This document shows, piece after piece, positions 8,530 to 17,900 of a DNA stretch of 25,888 bases. A program made the translations under genes and the position numbers. Source of the DNA: a virus (Duplodnaviria; Caudoviricetes); IMG/VR virus record IMGVR_UViG_3300025529_000035, positions 1-25,888 of that record. The stretch is one strand, 5' to 3'. How positions within the stretch are numbered: position 1 is the first letter of the stretch; each line of letters opens with the position of its first letter. The notes under the pieces were generated by a model. It was given only the letters and a program-made list of their open reading frames with translations, searched no databases and was not told where the DNA came from.

Positions 8530-11500
8530 CAGCGATCTCCGAAAGCAGGCATGGAGAGACCGAACGCGCCCGGCATAGGCAGGCGGACGTTCCGCGCCGC
8601 CGGCGACTCCAGGAATGAGCGGATCACCCCAGCCCGTCGCCGATGCTCCGCCAGGGCCGCCTCTGCATCGGCCCGGAAGCGAAGCGGGCGCCCATCCGCA
8701 TCCTCGAGCGCGACAAACCGGCCATCGTCAGTCTTGATGACGACGCGATACGACGGCGGCTCTCCGCGGCTCCACTCGGCATCCGTCTGCCGGTCGGCAA
8801 CCAGGCGCCGCTCGGCAGCGATCATCCGGTCCGCCCGCTGCCGCATTTCGCCCGGCCGCTGCTCCACCGTCTGCACGTCGAGCTGCGTTTCGATGGCCCT
8901 CCGCACGACCTCGTCAAGCTGGTCCGTGATCCAGTCGTGCGAGCCGCCGATGGTGGGATAGAACTTCTCCGGCGGGTTGCGCATGATCTCGCCGCCGTTG
9001 GCGGCCGACGGCCCCCATACGCGATTGACGCGATCCGCGGCGAGTTTCGTCGCGCTCGCCTCGTTGCCCGTCTCCGCGTAGGCGATGGCGAACTCGCGCA
9101 CGAACTCCTGCCGCAGCGTGGCGGCCATGCCGGCATCGCTCGGCACGCCAGCCTGGCCAAAGCCGAGGAAGCCGCCGTGGCCGAGCTTGTTGCGCACGTC
9201 CTCGACGGTCCAATCCTTCGCCAGCTCCTCCGCTTCCTGCCGCAGCCTCCGACGCGCCTCGCGCACCGAGGGATCGTCCGCCCGCTTCATCTCCGCCATG
9301 AGCTGGTCTGGCGTCATGTACTGCCGCCGGTCCTGCCACAGGCGCAGGTTCGTCTCGATGTCCCGCCCGTAGACGCGCTCGAAAGCCTGCGGGTCACGCC
9401 GATACTCGGCGTCGAGGATCGAGTAGGCGGCCCCCATCTTCTGCGGGTCGCCGGACCGAGCCATGCCGGTGATCGTGTTCACGATCTCCTCGTTCGCCAT
9501 GAACAGGCCGAGCTGGTCGGGCGTCAGCATGGCGGTGATCTGTCCGAGAAGCGGCTGGGCATTCTCGGGCGCAGCCTTGATGGCCGTGGCGATGTTGCCG
9601 ATGTCCGTCTTGGAGAACACGGCATCCGAGGCATCCGGGTTGGCCTGCTTGACGATCTCGAGCGTGCGCTGGCGTTCCTCTATCGAGGCCCGCAGCGCGT
9701 CGACGCTCGACAGGTCGAGCGGCTTCGGCACGGGAATGCCCGTCTCCGGATCGACCTTCCCATACAGCGTCGGCTCTTCGCGCAACACGCGCGTCCGCGC
9801 CTCCGCCTGCCGGTTCCAGACTTCGATCAACTGCCGGCCGAGCGGGTCAACCTCGCCACGGGCCGCCGCCGCCTCCGCCTGGGCCACGAGCTCCCGGAGC
9901 CGCTGGACCGGCAGGCCGGCCGTCTTGCCGGCCGCTTCCGCCACGGCAAGCCCGTCCAGAATTTCCTTGCGGAGCTTCGCGTCCGACACCTTCGGCAGGT
10001 ACGTGAGCAGGTCTTCCATCTCCTGCTCGGTCGGCTGATAGCCGTTGTCGAAGGCGCCCTTGATGCCGGCCCACGTCTGCCGCGCGCCGTCATTGACGAT
10101 GGTCTGAAAGCGGCCAAGCAGCTCATGATAGACGGGGCTCTGCTGCCATGTTCCGGCGGCCACCGGCACGGTCGCGCTATCGGCCCCCTCGACCTTGCGA
10201 ATCCAGAGCTGGGCGAACTGGCCGGCCGTCATGTCCGGCGTGCCGCCATTCATGGTCACGGCGCTCATGCCGACGATATCGGCCGCCCGCGCGTTCGGGT
10301 TGCTCAAGAGCCTCGCCGCGCCTGCGGCGCCCTGCTGGTGGGCAAGGTAGAGCTCGCCGTCTGTCACCGGCCGACCAAGCGTCCGTTCCAGATAGCGCTT
10401 GTTGTCGAGCAGGAGCCTGGCGGCGGCATCCGCACTCGCGACGGGATCGTGCGGGCTCGCGCCGCCGCCGTACTGGCGCCACGTCGACGGGATGAACTGG
10501 AACGGCCCGGCCGCCCTGGAATTCGGATTGATGGCGTTCGGGTCGAAGCGGCTTTCGATCCACGCGATGCGGAACAGAAGGGAAGAGCTGAGGCCGTACT
10601 TCTCCGCCGCCATGTTGACAGCCGCAGCGATTTCCGGCGGCGGCTGCCGCGGCGTAGGTGCGGTCTGCCCGCCACCGGCGCCCAGAGCGCGGTTCTGCAG
10701 GCCGCCGAGGGCTGCGACGGCACCGCGCGCTGACGCGCGGGCCGCCGGCTCCAGCCTCGCGGCCTCGCGCTCCATCTCAAGATCGTCCGCTGCGCTGTGC
10801 GCCCCGTAGCGCCGAAGCTCCTCGATGACGGCATCTGTTTCGGCATCCGGCACTTTCTGCCCGCTGCGGTAGAGCTGCCGGAGCGTTAGGGCGCGTTCTT
10901 TCGTCTCCTGCGTCAGGGCGCTGCGAACGGCGTTGGCACCCTCCAGATTTCGTTTGATGAGGCCGAGGTACTGGATCCGATCTTCGGGCGGTAAACCGGC
11001 CACGCTGTTCAGCGCGTCCTCGGCTGCTTTCTGCGCGCGACTGAAATTGCCATCGCGCTCGTAATCGCGCCTGGCCGCGCCGACGATGGCCATGGCCGTC
11101 ATGCGCCGGTCAAACCGCTCGGCATCGAGCTTCGCCATCTCCTCGGAATAGGCGAGGTTCGGATTGCCAACCATCTGCCGCCGGATGTCGTCGGCGTCCG
11201 TCAGGAGCTGCGCGTATTCCTGCGTCGGCGTCCCGTCGGGGTTCTTGTCCGCCCCGCGAAACACCATGTCCTCCAGGCGGCTCTCGACGTCCTCGCGCCG
11301 CGCTTTCAGCGTGGCCAGCGCCGTCTGCTCGTCATGGCGACGCTTGTCGTTGACGAGGTTCGAGAATGCATTGCCAGCCACCCGCGTTGCGTAGGTCCGC
11401 AGCTTGTCGCGCAGGATCGGGCTATCCTTGCCGACCGTGCGCGCGTACTCCTTCGCCCACGCCTCGAACTCCGCCGGCCGGTGCTGGTACTGCGCCCGCG

Positions 11501-11759
11501 CCTCGGCAATGTCCTTGTCGATCTGGAACTGCGCCTCGGCAAACGCAGTCTGGTGCGCCATGGCGTTGTAGGCAGCAAGGTCGTCCGCCGCCTGGTGCAG
11601 CGCCTTCCCGACGTGCCCGACCGCCTCCGCAATGGCCGTATAGGGCCGCGTGAGCCTGTCGACCGGAACCACATGCGGATCGCGCGTGCTTGGAACGTCC
11701 GTGAGCTGCTGCCGGACGCGGCCGGCGCCGGATGCCTCGAATGCGTCGACCATTACCAA
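8529..11759 (-). CDS. Internal virion protein with a soluble lytic transglycosylase (SLT) domain, 1076 aa
   Basis: SLT motifs IAWIESRFDPNA, AAGPFQFIPSTW, YLAHQQG within an all-helical protein; T7 gp15 position. Confidence 0.85.
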   Translation of the reverse strand: MVMVDAFEASGAGRVRQQLTDVPSTRDPHVVPVDRLTRPYTAIAEAVGHVGKALHQAADDLAAYNAMAHQTAFAEAQFQIDKDIAEARAQYQHRPAEFEAWAKEYARTVGKDSPILRDKLRTYATRVAGNAFSNLVNDKRRHDEQTALATLKARREDVESRLEDMVFRGADKNPDGTPTQEYAQLLTDADDIRRQMVGNPNLAYSEEMAKLDAERFDRRMTAMAIVGAARRDYERDGNFSRAQKAAEDALNSVAGLPPEDRIQYLGLIKRNLEGANAVRSALTQETKERALTLRQLYRSGQKVPDAETDAVIEELRRYGAHSAADDLEMEREAARLEPAARASARGAVAALGGLQNRALGAGGGQTAPTPRQPPPEIAAAVNMAAEKYGLSSSLLFRIAWIESRFDPNAINPNSRAAGPFQFIPSTWRQYGGGASPHDPVASADAAARLLLDNKRYLERTLGRPVTDGELYLAHQQGAAGAARLLSNPNARAADIVGMSAVTMNGGTPDMTAGQFAQLWIRKVEGADSATVPVAAGTWQQSPVYHELLGRFQTIVNDGARQTWAGIKGAFDNGYQPTEQEMEDLLTYLPKVSDAKLRKEILDGLAVAEAAGKTAGLPVQRLRELVAQAEAAAARGEVDPLGRQLIEVWNRQAEARTRVLREEPTLYGKVDPETGIPVPKPLDLSSVDALRASIEERQRTLEIVKQANPDASDAVFSKTDIGNIATAIKAAPENAQPLLGQITAMLTPDQLGLFMANEEIVNTITGMARSGDPQKMGAAYSILDAEYRRDPQAFERVYGRDIETNLRLWQDRRQYMTPDQLMAEMKRADDPSVREARRRLRQEAEELAKDWTVEDVRNKLGHGGFLGFGQAGVPSDAGMAATLRQEFVREFAIAYAETGNEASATKLAADRVNRVWGPSAANGGEIMRNPPEKFYPTIGGSHDWITDQLDEVVRRAIETQLDVQTVEQRPGEMRQRADRMIAAERRLVADRQTDAEWSRGEPPSYRVVIKTDDGRFVALEDADGRPLRFRADAEAALAEHRRRAGVIRSFLESPAARNVRLPMPGAFGLSMPAFGDR

Positions 11760-12274
11760 TACCCCGCGGTCTGCCCGGCCCTCAGGAACGAGCCGGCACC
11801 CGAAATCGCCTGCCCCGCGGCCGAGATGAGCGATGCCGTCCGATAGCGGCGGCTCGCCCGCAGAAGCGCCATCGCGTCGCCCTCCGCGACTGCCGCCTCG
11901 TTCTCGATCCCCATCGCCCGCAGGCGCTCATTGCTCACGGCCACACGGCGCGCCCGGTCGTTCGTCACCCGCGCACGCTCGCCAAGGGCGCGCGAGGTCG
12001 GGCTGTCGACCGACGCGCCTTGGGCTGCACGGATCGCGTACAGGTTCTGCAAGGACTGGTTGAGGTCTTCGCGGAATGCCGTGTCGACCTGAATGCCGCG
12101 CACCTTGGCCGCCTCGGCCGCGACCTTGAGACGTTCCGCCTGCATGCGGGCACGGCCGGCCTCGAGCTGCGCGTTGACCTTGCTCTGCTGTCCGCCGGCG
12201 AGCGCCGAGAAGATGCCGGCGCCGGTGCCTGCAGCATTTAGCGCCAGAATGCCGGTAGAGACAGGATCGCCCAT
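11753..12274 (-). CDS. Small internal virion protein (T7 gp14-like), 173 aa
   Basis: MGDPVSTGILAL.. hydrophobic Gly/Ala termini with a central helix. Start moved to ATG 12274 (GAGG RBS), because the ORF-track start lies in the promoter motif. Confidence 0.75.
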   Translation of the reverse strand: MGDPVSTGILALNAAGTGAGIFSALAGGQQSKVNAQLEAGRARMQAERLKVAAEAAKVRGIQVDTAFREDLNQSLQNLYAIRAAQGASVDSPTSRALGERARVTNDRARRVAVSNERLRAMGIENEAAVAEGDAMALLRASRRYRTASLISAAGQAISGAGSFLRAGQTAGYW

Positions 12275-12300
12275 GATGACCCTCGCAATTCTCGAGGGCC

Positions 12301-12335
12301 ACACTGCCGCGCGAGGCGAGCGCAGGCACCGCACA
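12301..12335 (-). promoter_or_regulatory. Putative phage late promoter copy 3 (internal virion operon)
   Basis: TGTGCGGTGC (12335-12326), N19, CAGTGT (12306-12301); 51 nt to ATG 12274. Confidence 0.8.
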
Positions 12336-12340
12336 CCGCC

Positions 12341-14545
12341 TCAGATCGTGACTTCAGTCGTCAGCTCAAGGATGGTCAGCGAGCCTGGAAGCGACTGGAC
12401 CAGCGACCACTCGGGATCGATGGCCCGGCCGAGAACGCGCGTGCGGTACGTCTCGTCGCGCATCGGCGGCGGTTCCTCCTCGTTCTCCCCCGCCCGGTAG
12501 AACGGCACGAGCCAGCCGGCGACCTCTATCGCCTGCGTTCGCTGCACTGTCGCCGCAACCTGCTTGAGACGGCGCCGCCGGAGACGCTGGCGCTGCGACT
12601 GTCCCTCGGGCGCATGCGGGACGAACGGCGTAACCTCGACCGTGAACGAGAAGCCGCCCGTCATCCCCACCGCGCTCTGCACCGGAATCTGGCCCGACAG
12701 CGAGCCGTCCGGCTCAATCGTGTAGTCGCCGCGATACCACCCGGCCTGCACGACCGAGAGCGTCGTGCCCACGGCCCAGTTGAACGCATAGGTGTTCCCC
12801 AGCTCCACAGGATCGCCGGGCTCGAACTCGACAGGATCGCCAGGCGTGAACTCCAGAACCTCCGTTCCCGTGCTGCTGGCGAGCGGCTGAGCCGCGTCGA
12901 CCAGAAGGCCCTCATCGAACACCTCGACGAAGCGGAGCTCCTGCCCGCCCACGTTGTAGCTCGCCGTGACGATCACGTCGGAACCGCCCGAGGCTACCCA
13001 TTCGATGCGCCCGGCCCCATCCCACGGCACCCACCCGACATACGATCCGGCCGACCGGCGTTCCTGGTAGCGTCCCACGGCGAGCGTGCCGTCCTGGCCG
13101 TTCGCCACGTACAGATACCGCTCTGCAGTCGTGACATCGGCCGAGCTCGCAGTGATCGCAACGGGCGACTTGATGAGCGGCGAATGGTACTGCGTCAGGT
13201 CCTCGATTATGTAGGGCCGTGTCGTCTGTCCGGTGCCGACGAGGGCGAACACGCGCGTCAGCGAGGCGTTGACGAACACCATGCCCTCGGACGTGAGCAC
13301 CGGCCGGATCGTCGAACACGGATCGTCGCTGATCCGGCGAAACGAAATCGAGCCAGGCACCAGCGGATTGTTCTCCGACACAGGGACGTAGTAGACGCCC
13401 TTGTCGGTGAAGATGAATTCGTCGGCGCCGCCCACCACGTCCCGCACCGTGCAGTTGTCCGGCACAAACTCGAAGATGGCATCCTCCGGCTCGCCGCCCA
13501 CGAGGAAGTCATTCACGGTGCCGGTGGCGGAGTAGACCACCGCCGATCCCACCTGCGGGAAGTCGCAGAAGATGACGCGCTGCTGGTCCTTGGAGACGAC
13601 GCGCGGCCATCCCCGGAAATCCGACATCAGCGCCTCTTCCCAGAGGAACGTTGCCGCTGGCGCGGCGGCCGACTGCGATGAAACCGTCATCCTCGAGCGC
13701 GGTCCGGCCACCACTTCGCTGGACTGGAAGCCCGCCCAGTTCTGCGTCACCAGGATCGTGGCCGTCGTTCCGGCAATCCCGGTCACGACGCCGCGCGCGC
13801 TGCTCGTCACGCCCTCGACGATATCCCCTACCTGCAGGCCGGAGACAGTGTTGAAGGTCACGTTGTAGGTCGGCGGCAGCTCCTCGATGACAGTCGCCGT
13901 GGCGCTCGTCGGGCTGTTGACTGCCGTGATCTCCACCTGGCGCTCGGCATAGCGGAAGCGCACGCCAACGTGACCCGGATCGAGCACAGGCTGGGAGAAG
14001 GTCAGCGTGATGCTGCCGGACCGGGCGGACGGCTGCACCGTGATACCGCGGCCGAGAAAGAAGTTGTGGAATGGTGCGCGGATGGCGCCCGTCGGATCAG
14101 TCGCGAATGCGAAAACGCTATGCGTCCACAGGCCGATCGATGGCGTGTAGTCGAAAAGCTGCGGCCGGATGCCGGGCCCCGAGATGATGACAACGTTCTG
14201 CGACTCCGCAAAGCGCAGGTCGCCGATGATGTCCGCCGTCCACGGCATGCCCGTGATCGTCTGGGCCGTGAGCGCCCCCTTCCTGCGAAATGTGATCCGC
14301 CCGGGCTCCAGTGCCATGTACCAGGTTTCGCCGGCGGTCGGCTGAACGATGTCCGCGCGTCCGGTCGTCGAGAACAGGATGCGACGGCCCGGACGCCGCT
14401 TGAGCGCCCGCGTGCCGAGAATGCGCACGTTCCGGGCCCGCTTGAGCCCGGCGCGCATGATGTCCGTGTCGTCGCCGCGGGCGGCCGTCGGGTCGAGCTG
14501 CCCGGCTGAAAAGTCCCGCTGCGCAATGATCTGCGCATTGATCAT
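12341..14545 (-). CDS. Tail tubular protein B / nozzle (T7 gp12-like)
   Basis: N-terminal QRDFSAGQLDP...N...LKRRPG motif, GWPRVV..QQRVIF, beta-rich 734 aa, synteny. Confidence 0.85.
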   Translation of the reverse strand: MINAQIIAQRDFSAGQLDPTAARGDDTDIMRAGLKRARNVRILGTRALKRRPGRRILFSTTGRADIVQPTAGETWYMALEPGRITFRRKGALTAQTITGMPWTADIIGDLRFAESQNVVIISGPGIRPQLFDYTPSIGLWTHSVFAFATDPTGAIRAPFHNFFLGRGITVQPSARSGSITLTFSQPVLDPGHVGVRFRYAERQVEITAVNSPTSATATVIEELPPTYNVTFNTVSGLQVGDIVEGVTSSARGVVTGIAGTTATILVTQNWAGFQSSEVVAGPRSRMTVSSQSAAAPAATFLWEEALMSDFRGWPRVVSKDQQRVIFCDFPQVGSAVVYSATGTVNDFLVGGEPEDAIFEFVPDNCTVRDVVGGADEFIFTDKGVYYVPVSENNPLVPGSISFRRISDDPCSTIRPVLTSEGMVFVNASLTRVFALVGTGQTTRPYIIEDLTQYHSPLIKSPVAITASSADVTTAERYLYVANGQDGTLAVGRYQERRSAGSYVGWVPWDGAGRIEWVASGGSDVIVTASYNVGGQELRFVEVFDEGLLVDAAQPLASSTGTEVLEFTPGDPVEFEPGDPVELGNTYAFNWAVGTTLSVVQAGWYRGDYTIEPDGSLSGQIPVQSAVGMTGGFSFTVEVTPFVPHAPEGQSQRQRLRRRRLKQVAATVQRTQAIEVAGWLVPFYRAGENEEEPPPMRDETYRTRVLGRAIDPEWSLVQSLPGSLTILELTTEVTI

Positions 14546-15183
14546 CGGCCAACCCCACCATACGGCGGCACCGGCAGGAACGCGCGCCCGCTGCCGCCCG
14601 CGCGCCGCTCGGCCGAGCGCGAGCGCAGGATGGCGCGGGCCGGCGTCTGTTGGTCGTGCCGCGTCCTCAGCTCCGCCAGCATGTCCTCGACATCAGCGTG
14701 CCGGCGGCGGGCGTTGTCCGTGTCCTCGTTCAGGCCCTGCAGCAGGTACGCCTCGACCTTGGCAATGCAGACCTCGACGAACCCCGGCGGCCACTTGTCC
14801 GGGTCGGGGGCCCGCACATAGAGGATGGTCAGGCCCTGGTCGTGATCGCAGCAGAGCTTGTCGTCGACGATCTCGTACCGGTTGAGCGGGACCGAGCCTG
14901 GGCCGCCGTTCAGCCCGATCCAGACCGACGAGACGTGCAGGCAGTCGCCCGGCAGAGCGTAGGCTTTCGACAGGAGCGGATGCGGCGACGACGGCAGCAG
15001 GCCGGCAAGCGGCACCGTGCGCGTGGCAAAATTCCAGTCGTGCTTCGCGATCAGATAGCCGACGGCGCGCCGATAGGCCGATTCCGCCATGGTCCAGGCA
15101 TCGGAGCCGTCATACTCGACGTTGAGCCGGTTGTTGCCGGTGCCGAGCAGTGCATCGTTGATGATGGAAAGCCGACTTGCCAT
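14542..15183 (-). CDS. Tail tubular protein A / adaptor (T7 gp11-like), 213 aa
   Basis: MASRLSIINDALLGTG, HDWNFAT, YALPGDCL motifs; start revised to ATG 15183 (GGGAG RBS). Confidence 0.85.
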   Translation of the reverse strand: MASRLSIINDALLGTGNNRLNVEYDGSDAWTMAESAYRRAVGYLIAKHDWNFATRTVPLAGLLPSSPHPLLSKAYALPGDCLHVSSVWIGLNGGPGSVPLNRYEIVDDKLCCDHDQGLTILYVRAPDPDKWPPGFVEVCIAKVEAYLLQGLNEDTDNARRRHADVEDMLAELRTRHDQQTPARAILRSRSAERRAGGSGRAFLPVPPYGGVGR

Positions 15184-15206
15184 GCGCGGTCTCCCGAATT
15201 GCCCGC

Positions 15207-15241
15207 ACGATGGCGCTCGCCCCCGGACGATGCACCGCACA
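15207..15241 (-). promoter_or_regulatory. Putative phage late promoter copy 4 (tail tube operon)
   Basis: TGTGCGGTGC (15241-15232), N19, CATCGT (15212-15207); 48 nt to ATG 15183. Confidence 0.8.
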
Positions 15242-15243
15242 TG

Positions 15244-15267
15244 AAAAAGCCCGGCACGAGGCCGGGC
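15244..15267 (-). terminator. Intrinsic terminator ending the capsid operon
   Basis: GCCCGGC-CTCGT-GCCGGGC stem-loop followed by TTTTT on the minus strand. Confidence 0.8.
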
Positions 15268-15292
15268 CTTTCGTCCGCCGAGACGGTGAGGG

Positions 15293-15604
15293 TCAGCCGG
15301 CGGCGTTCAGTTCCGCCGCCTTCTTCTCCGCCTCCTCCTTCGTCAGCTTCTCGACGACTTCTTTGTCGCCGTCCATGACGGAGTAGGAGCCCTTGCCGCG
15401 GTGGACCGCCACGAACCGCGGCTTGTCCCCGGCGGCCGCTTCATCGCCAGCCTTGGCCTCGGGCGCCAGCTCCTGCTTCTTCTCCGCTGGAAACGGCTGG
15501 AAGCTCCACTCGCCCGGATGGCCGACGACGGCCTCGCGTGCGTCGATGGTGTACAGCTCGGCAGTCGCGCCGCTGCGGTGATAGATGGTGATCTTCCTCG
15601 GCAT
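15293..15604 (-). CDS. Hypothetical phage protein (possible virion component), 103 aa
   Basis: Clean ORF within the capsid operon with plausible composition; no family recognised. Confidence 0.75.
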   Translation of the reverse strand: MPRKITIYHRSGATAELYTIDAREAVVGHPGEWSFQPFPAEKKQELAPEAKAGDEAAAGDKPRFVAVHRGKGSYSVMDGDKEVVEKLTKEEAEKKAAELNAAG

Positions 15605-15640
15605 CGTCGGTTCCCAGGATCAAATTTGGGAGCGCCCCTC

Positions 15641-16069
15641 TTACGGGCACTCCGAAAGCCAGGCCGAGAACGTGATCGACGGCGTGGTCCCACCTGCAAT
15701 CAGCCGCAGCCGCAGGTAGGTGAACTCATCGATCAGATCGTTCGAGACCGGAATGGCGTACCGCCCCGTCGGCGACGTGCGGGCGCCACCGGTGCGGGCC
15801 GCGGTGGGGCCGATCTCAAGCATCGCAAGGTTCTCGATGCTGCCAGAGAAGTTGGCGGCATCCGCGCCCTGCAGCAGAAACGTGTACAGCTCATCCCCGT
15901 CGGTCGCGTCGTAGCTCGTGACATCGATCACGAGCGCCATGTCCTGCCGCCCCTTGCCAATCTTGAGCACGACATCCGAGCCGTTCTTCTGGACGTTGCC
16001 CGTCGCCGTCAAAGTCACGCCTTCGCCGAACAGCGTGTTGGCGTCGAGCGGGTAGTAGCGCTTCGCCAT
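15641..16069 (-). CDS. Capsid decoration / cement protein (BPP-1 Bbp16-like jelly roll)
   Basis: Beta-rich 142 aa directly after the major capsid gene; YLRLRLIAGGTTPSITFSAWL C-terminus; GGAGA RBS. Confidence 0.65.
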   Translation of the reverse strand: MAKRYYPLDANTLFGEGVTLTATGNVQKNGSDVVLKIGKGRQDMALVIDVTSYDATDGDELYTFLLQGADAANFSGSIENLAMLEIGPTAARTGGARTSPTGRYAIPVSNDLIDEFTYLRLRLIAGGTTPSITFSAWLSECP

Positions 16070-16094
16070 TGTCCTATCTCCACCCTTCCCGTTG

Positions 16095-16121
16095 CAGAAA
16101 GGGGCCCGGCGTACCGGGCCC
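16095..16121 (-). terminator. Hairpin / weak terminator after the major capsid gene
   Basis: GGGCCCGG-TACG-CCGGGCCC followed by a short CTTTCT tract. Confidence 0.6.
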
Positions 16122-16126
16122 GCCCA

Positions 16127-17083
16127 TTACGCAGTGATCGCGCCGTTGGCGATGCTGGTCAGCCGGCAGATCGAGTATTCCTTCGAGACCAGGCCCCAGT
16201 CCCACTTGATGTGGGTCGACAGCAGGGGCAGCCCCGGAAGCTGCCCCTCATCCGTGACCCGGAGCGGCACGCCCTCGATCATGAACACGCCATCCTCGCT
16301 GAACGAGACCACGAACAGCGAGGTCGTGACGGCGCTGCCACCGCCGTTGGCAACCTCGTCGAACGGCAGGATGGAGTCGTCGCGCGACTTCGGGTAGCCG
16401 AACAGGAACGGCAGATCGCCAAAGGCCAGAACGTTCCGCCCAAGCGGGTCACGCTGGTCGTAGTTGAGCATGTTGTTGGTGATCTGTGGGTTGCGCGCCG
16501 CGGCGTTCAGCAGCGGCTTGAGCGCCCGGTCGCAGATGATGTGCGTCGGGTTGCGGACGTTGTTGATCGCCTCGTCGAGCTTGGCAAGCGACAGGGGCGC
16601 GCCACCGGAGTTGGTCGAATTGTGAATGGTGGTCTGCTCATCCATCGCCGCGCGGAGCTTGAGGCCCTTCGGTTCGCGCGGATCGGCGATGTTGTCGCCG
16701 TTGATGAACGTGCGGGTGAAGTGCCGCGCCATGGCCTTCACCTTGAGCGCTTCCTGCTCCGCACGATGCTGCGGCCCGAGCTCGTCGACGAGAGCACGGT
16801 CCACCTTCACGTACTCGTCCATCAGGAAGACGCCTTCCTCCTGCATGGAGGTGCGCCCCGAGCTGGCGTTGCCGGGCTCGTTGTACGCACGGAACTTGAC
16901 GTCCGGCAGCTCCTCTTCCTGCGGATAGCGATACTTGCCCTTCTTGGCCGGGCGAATGACCATCGCGGCCATGATGTCGGACTCGCCGACGAAAGTCTCG
17001 ACGACCGCCCGCTCTGCGCTGCCCTCCTCAAGGCGCTGGCTGTACTGCACCAGCGTCAGGGCTTCCTCGAATTCTCCCGCCAT
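16127..17083 (-). CDS. Major capsid protein
   Basis: 318 aa after the scaffold; LPDVKFRAYNE, VKVDRALVD, FINGD...EPKGLKLR motifs typical of this HK97-fold capsid group; GAGGAG RBS. Confidence 0.88.
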   Translation of the reverse strand: MAGEFEEALTLVQYSQRLEEGSAERAVVETFVGESDIMAAMVIRPAKKGKYRYPQEEELPDVKFRAYNEPGNASSGRTSMQEEGVFLMDEYVKVDRALVDELGPQHRAEQEALKVKAMARHFTRTFINGDNIADPREPKGLKLRAAMDEQTTIHNSTNSGGAPLSLAKLDEAINNVRNPTHIICDRALKPLLNAAARNPQITNNMLNYDQRDPLGRNVLAFGDLPFLFGYPKSRDDSILPFDEVANGGGSAVTTSLFVVSFSEDGVFMIEGVPLRVTDEGQLPGLPLLSTHIKWDWGLVSKEYSICRLTSIANGAITA

Positions 17084-17108
17084 TTCGTGCTCTCCTCACC
17101 CCTTCCCG

Positions 17109-17900
17109 TCAACCGCGGGCCATCCCAAGCCGCTGCCGCGCGGCCATGAACTTCTGGGCCGGCGTCATCCGGTCCCAGCCCTCGATCTGCCCCGCTCCGG
17201 CCTTCTCGCGCCCGGCCTGCGTGAAGCCGGGCCCGCCGCTCGTGACGGTGCGGATCAGGCGCTCAAGCCCCTCAACCGCAGGGGCAAACTGCAGAAGATG
17301 CTCGAAGAACGGCATCACCTCCGGCCCGAGCTTGGCCGTCAGGAAGTTCTTGACCGCCGCCACGCGGTCGGCGCCCTTCGGGCCCAGCGCTTCGAGCTGC
17401 TTACCTTTCAGGGCCTCGATGTTCTGGAGCTCAGCGATCTGGTGCTTGGCGTACTCGCCAACCAGGCGCTCGAATCCGGCCTGGTCGAGGCCGAGCTGAT
17501 GCGCAATCTGCCGCCCGAAATTGACCATCGGGTCGTTCGCATCGAGCTGGAAATCGAAGCCAACCGGCGCCTTCCAGTCGGCCGGCAGCTTGAGCTCGTA
17601 AGCGTCCGGCTTCTCCGGCACCGCCGCGCGGCGCGAATCCTCCGCGGCCTTGAAGGCGGCGAGGTCGTCCAGATATGCCTTGAGGTCGGCGCCCTTGATC
17701 TCGCCTTTCTCGGCATCCCAGAACTGCTCAGCCAGCCAGTCGGGGCGCTGCGGTCGATCAGGCGGGGACGCGCCGGCGAACCCCTCGGGCGCGACCGCCG
17801 CCGTGCTCGCGGGCATACCGCTGCCGGAGCCGTTCGAGGTTGAGGTCGTCGTCTGCGTCGTCGCCGCTGTCGCCGTGGCCCCTGCGTTCGCTGTCGTCAT
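17109..17900 (-). CDS. Capsid scaffolding / assembly protein
   Basis: Low-complexity N-terminus, RPDWLAEQFWD, VPEKPDAYELKLP motifs; located between portal and capsid. Start either ATG 17900 or GTG 17909. Confidence 0.8.
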   Translation of the reverse strand: MTTANAGATATAATTQTTTSTSNGSGSGMPASTAAVAPEGFAGASPPDRPQRPDWLAEQFWDAEKGEIKGADLKAYLDDLAAFKAAEDSRRAAVPEKPDAYELKLPADWKAPVGFDFQLDANDPMVNFGRQIAHQLGLDQAGFERLVGEYAKHQIAELQNIEALKGKQLEALGPKGADRVAAVKNFLTAKLGPEVMPFFEHLLQFAPAVEGLERLIRTVTSGGPGFTQAGREKAGAGQIEGWDRMTPAQKFMAARQRLGMARG

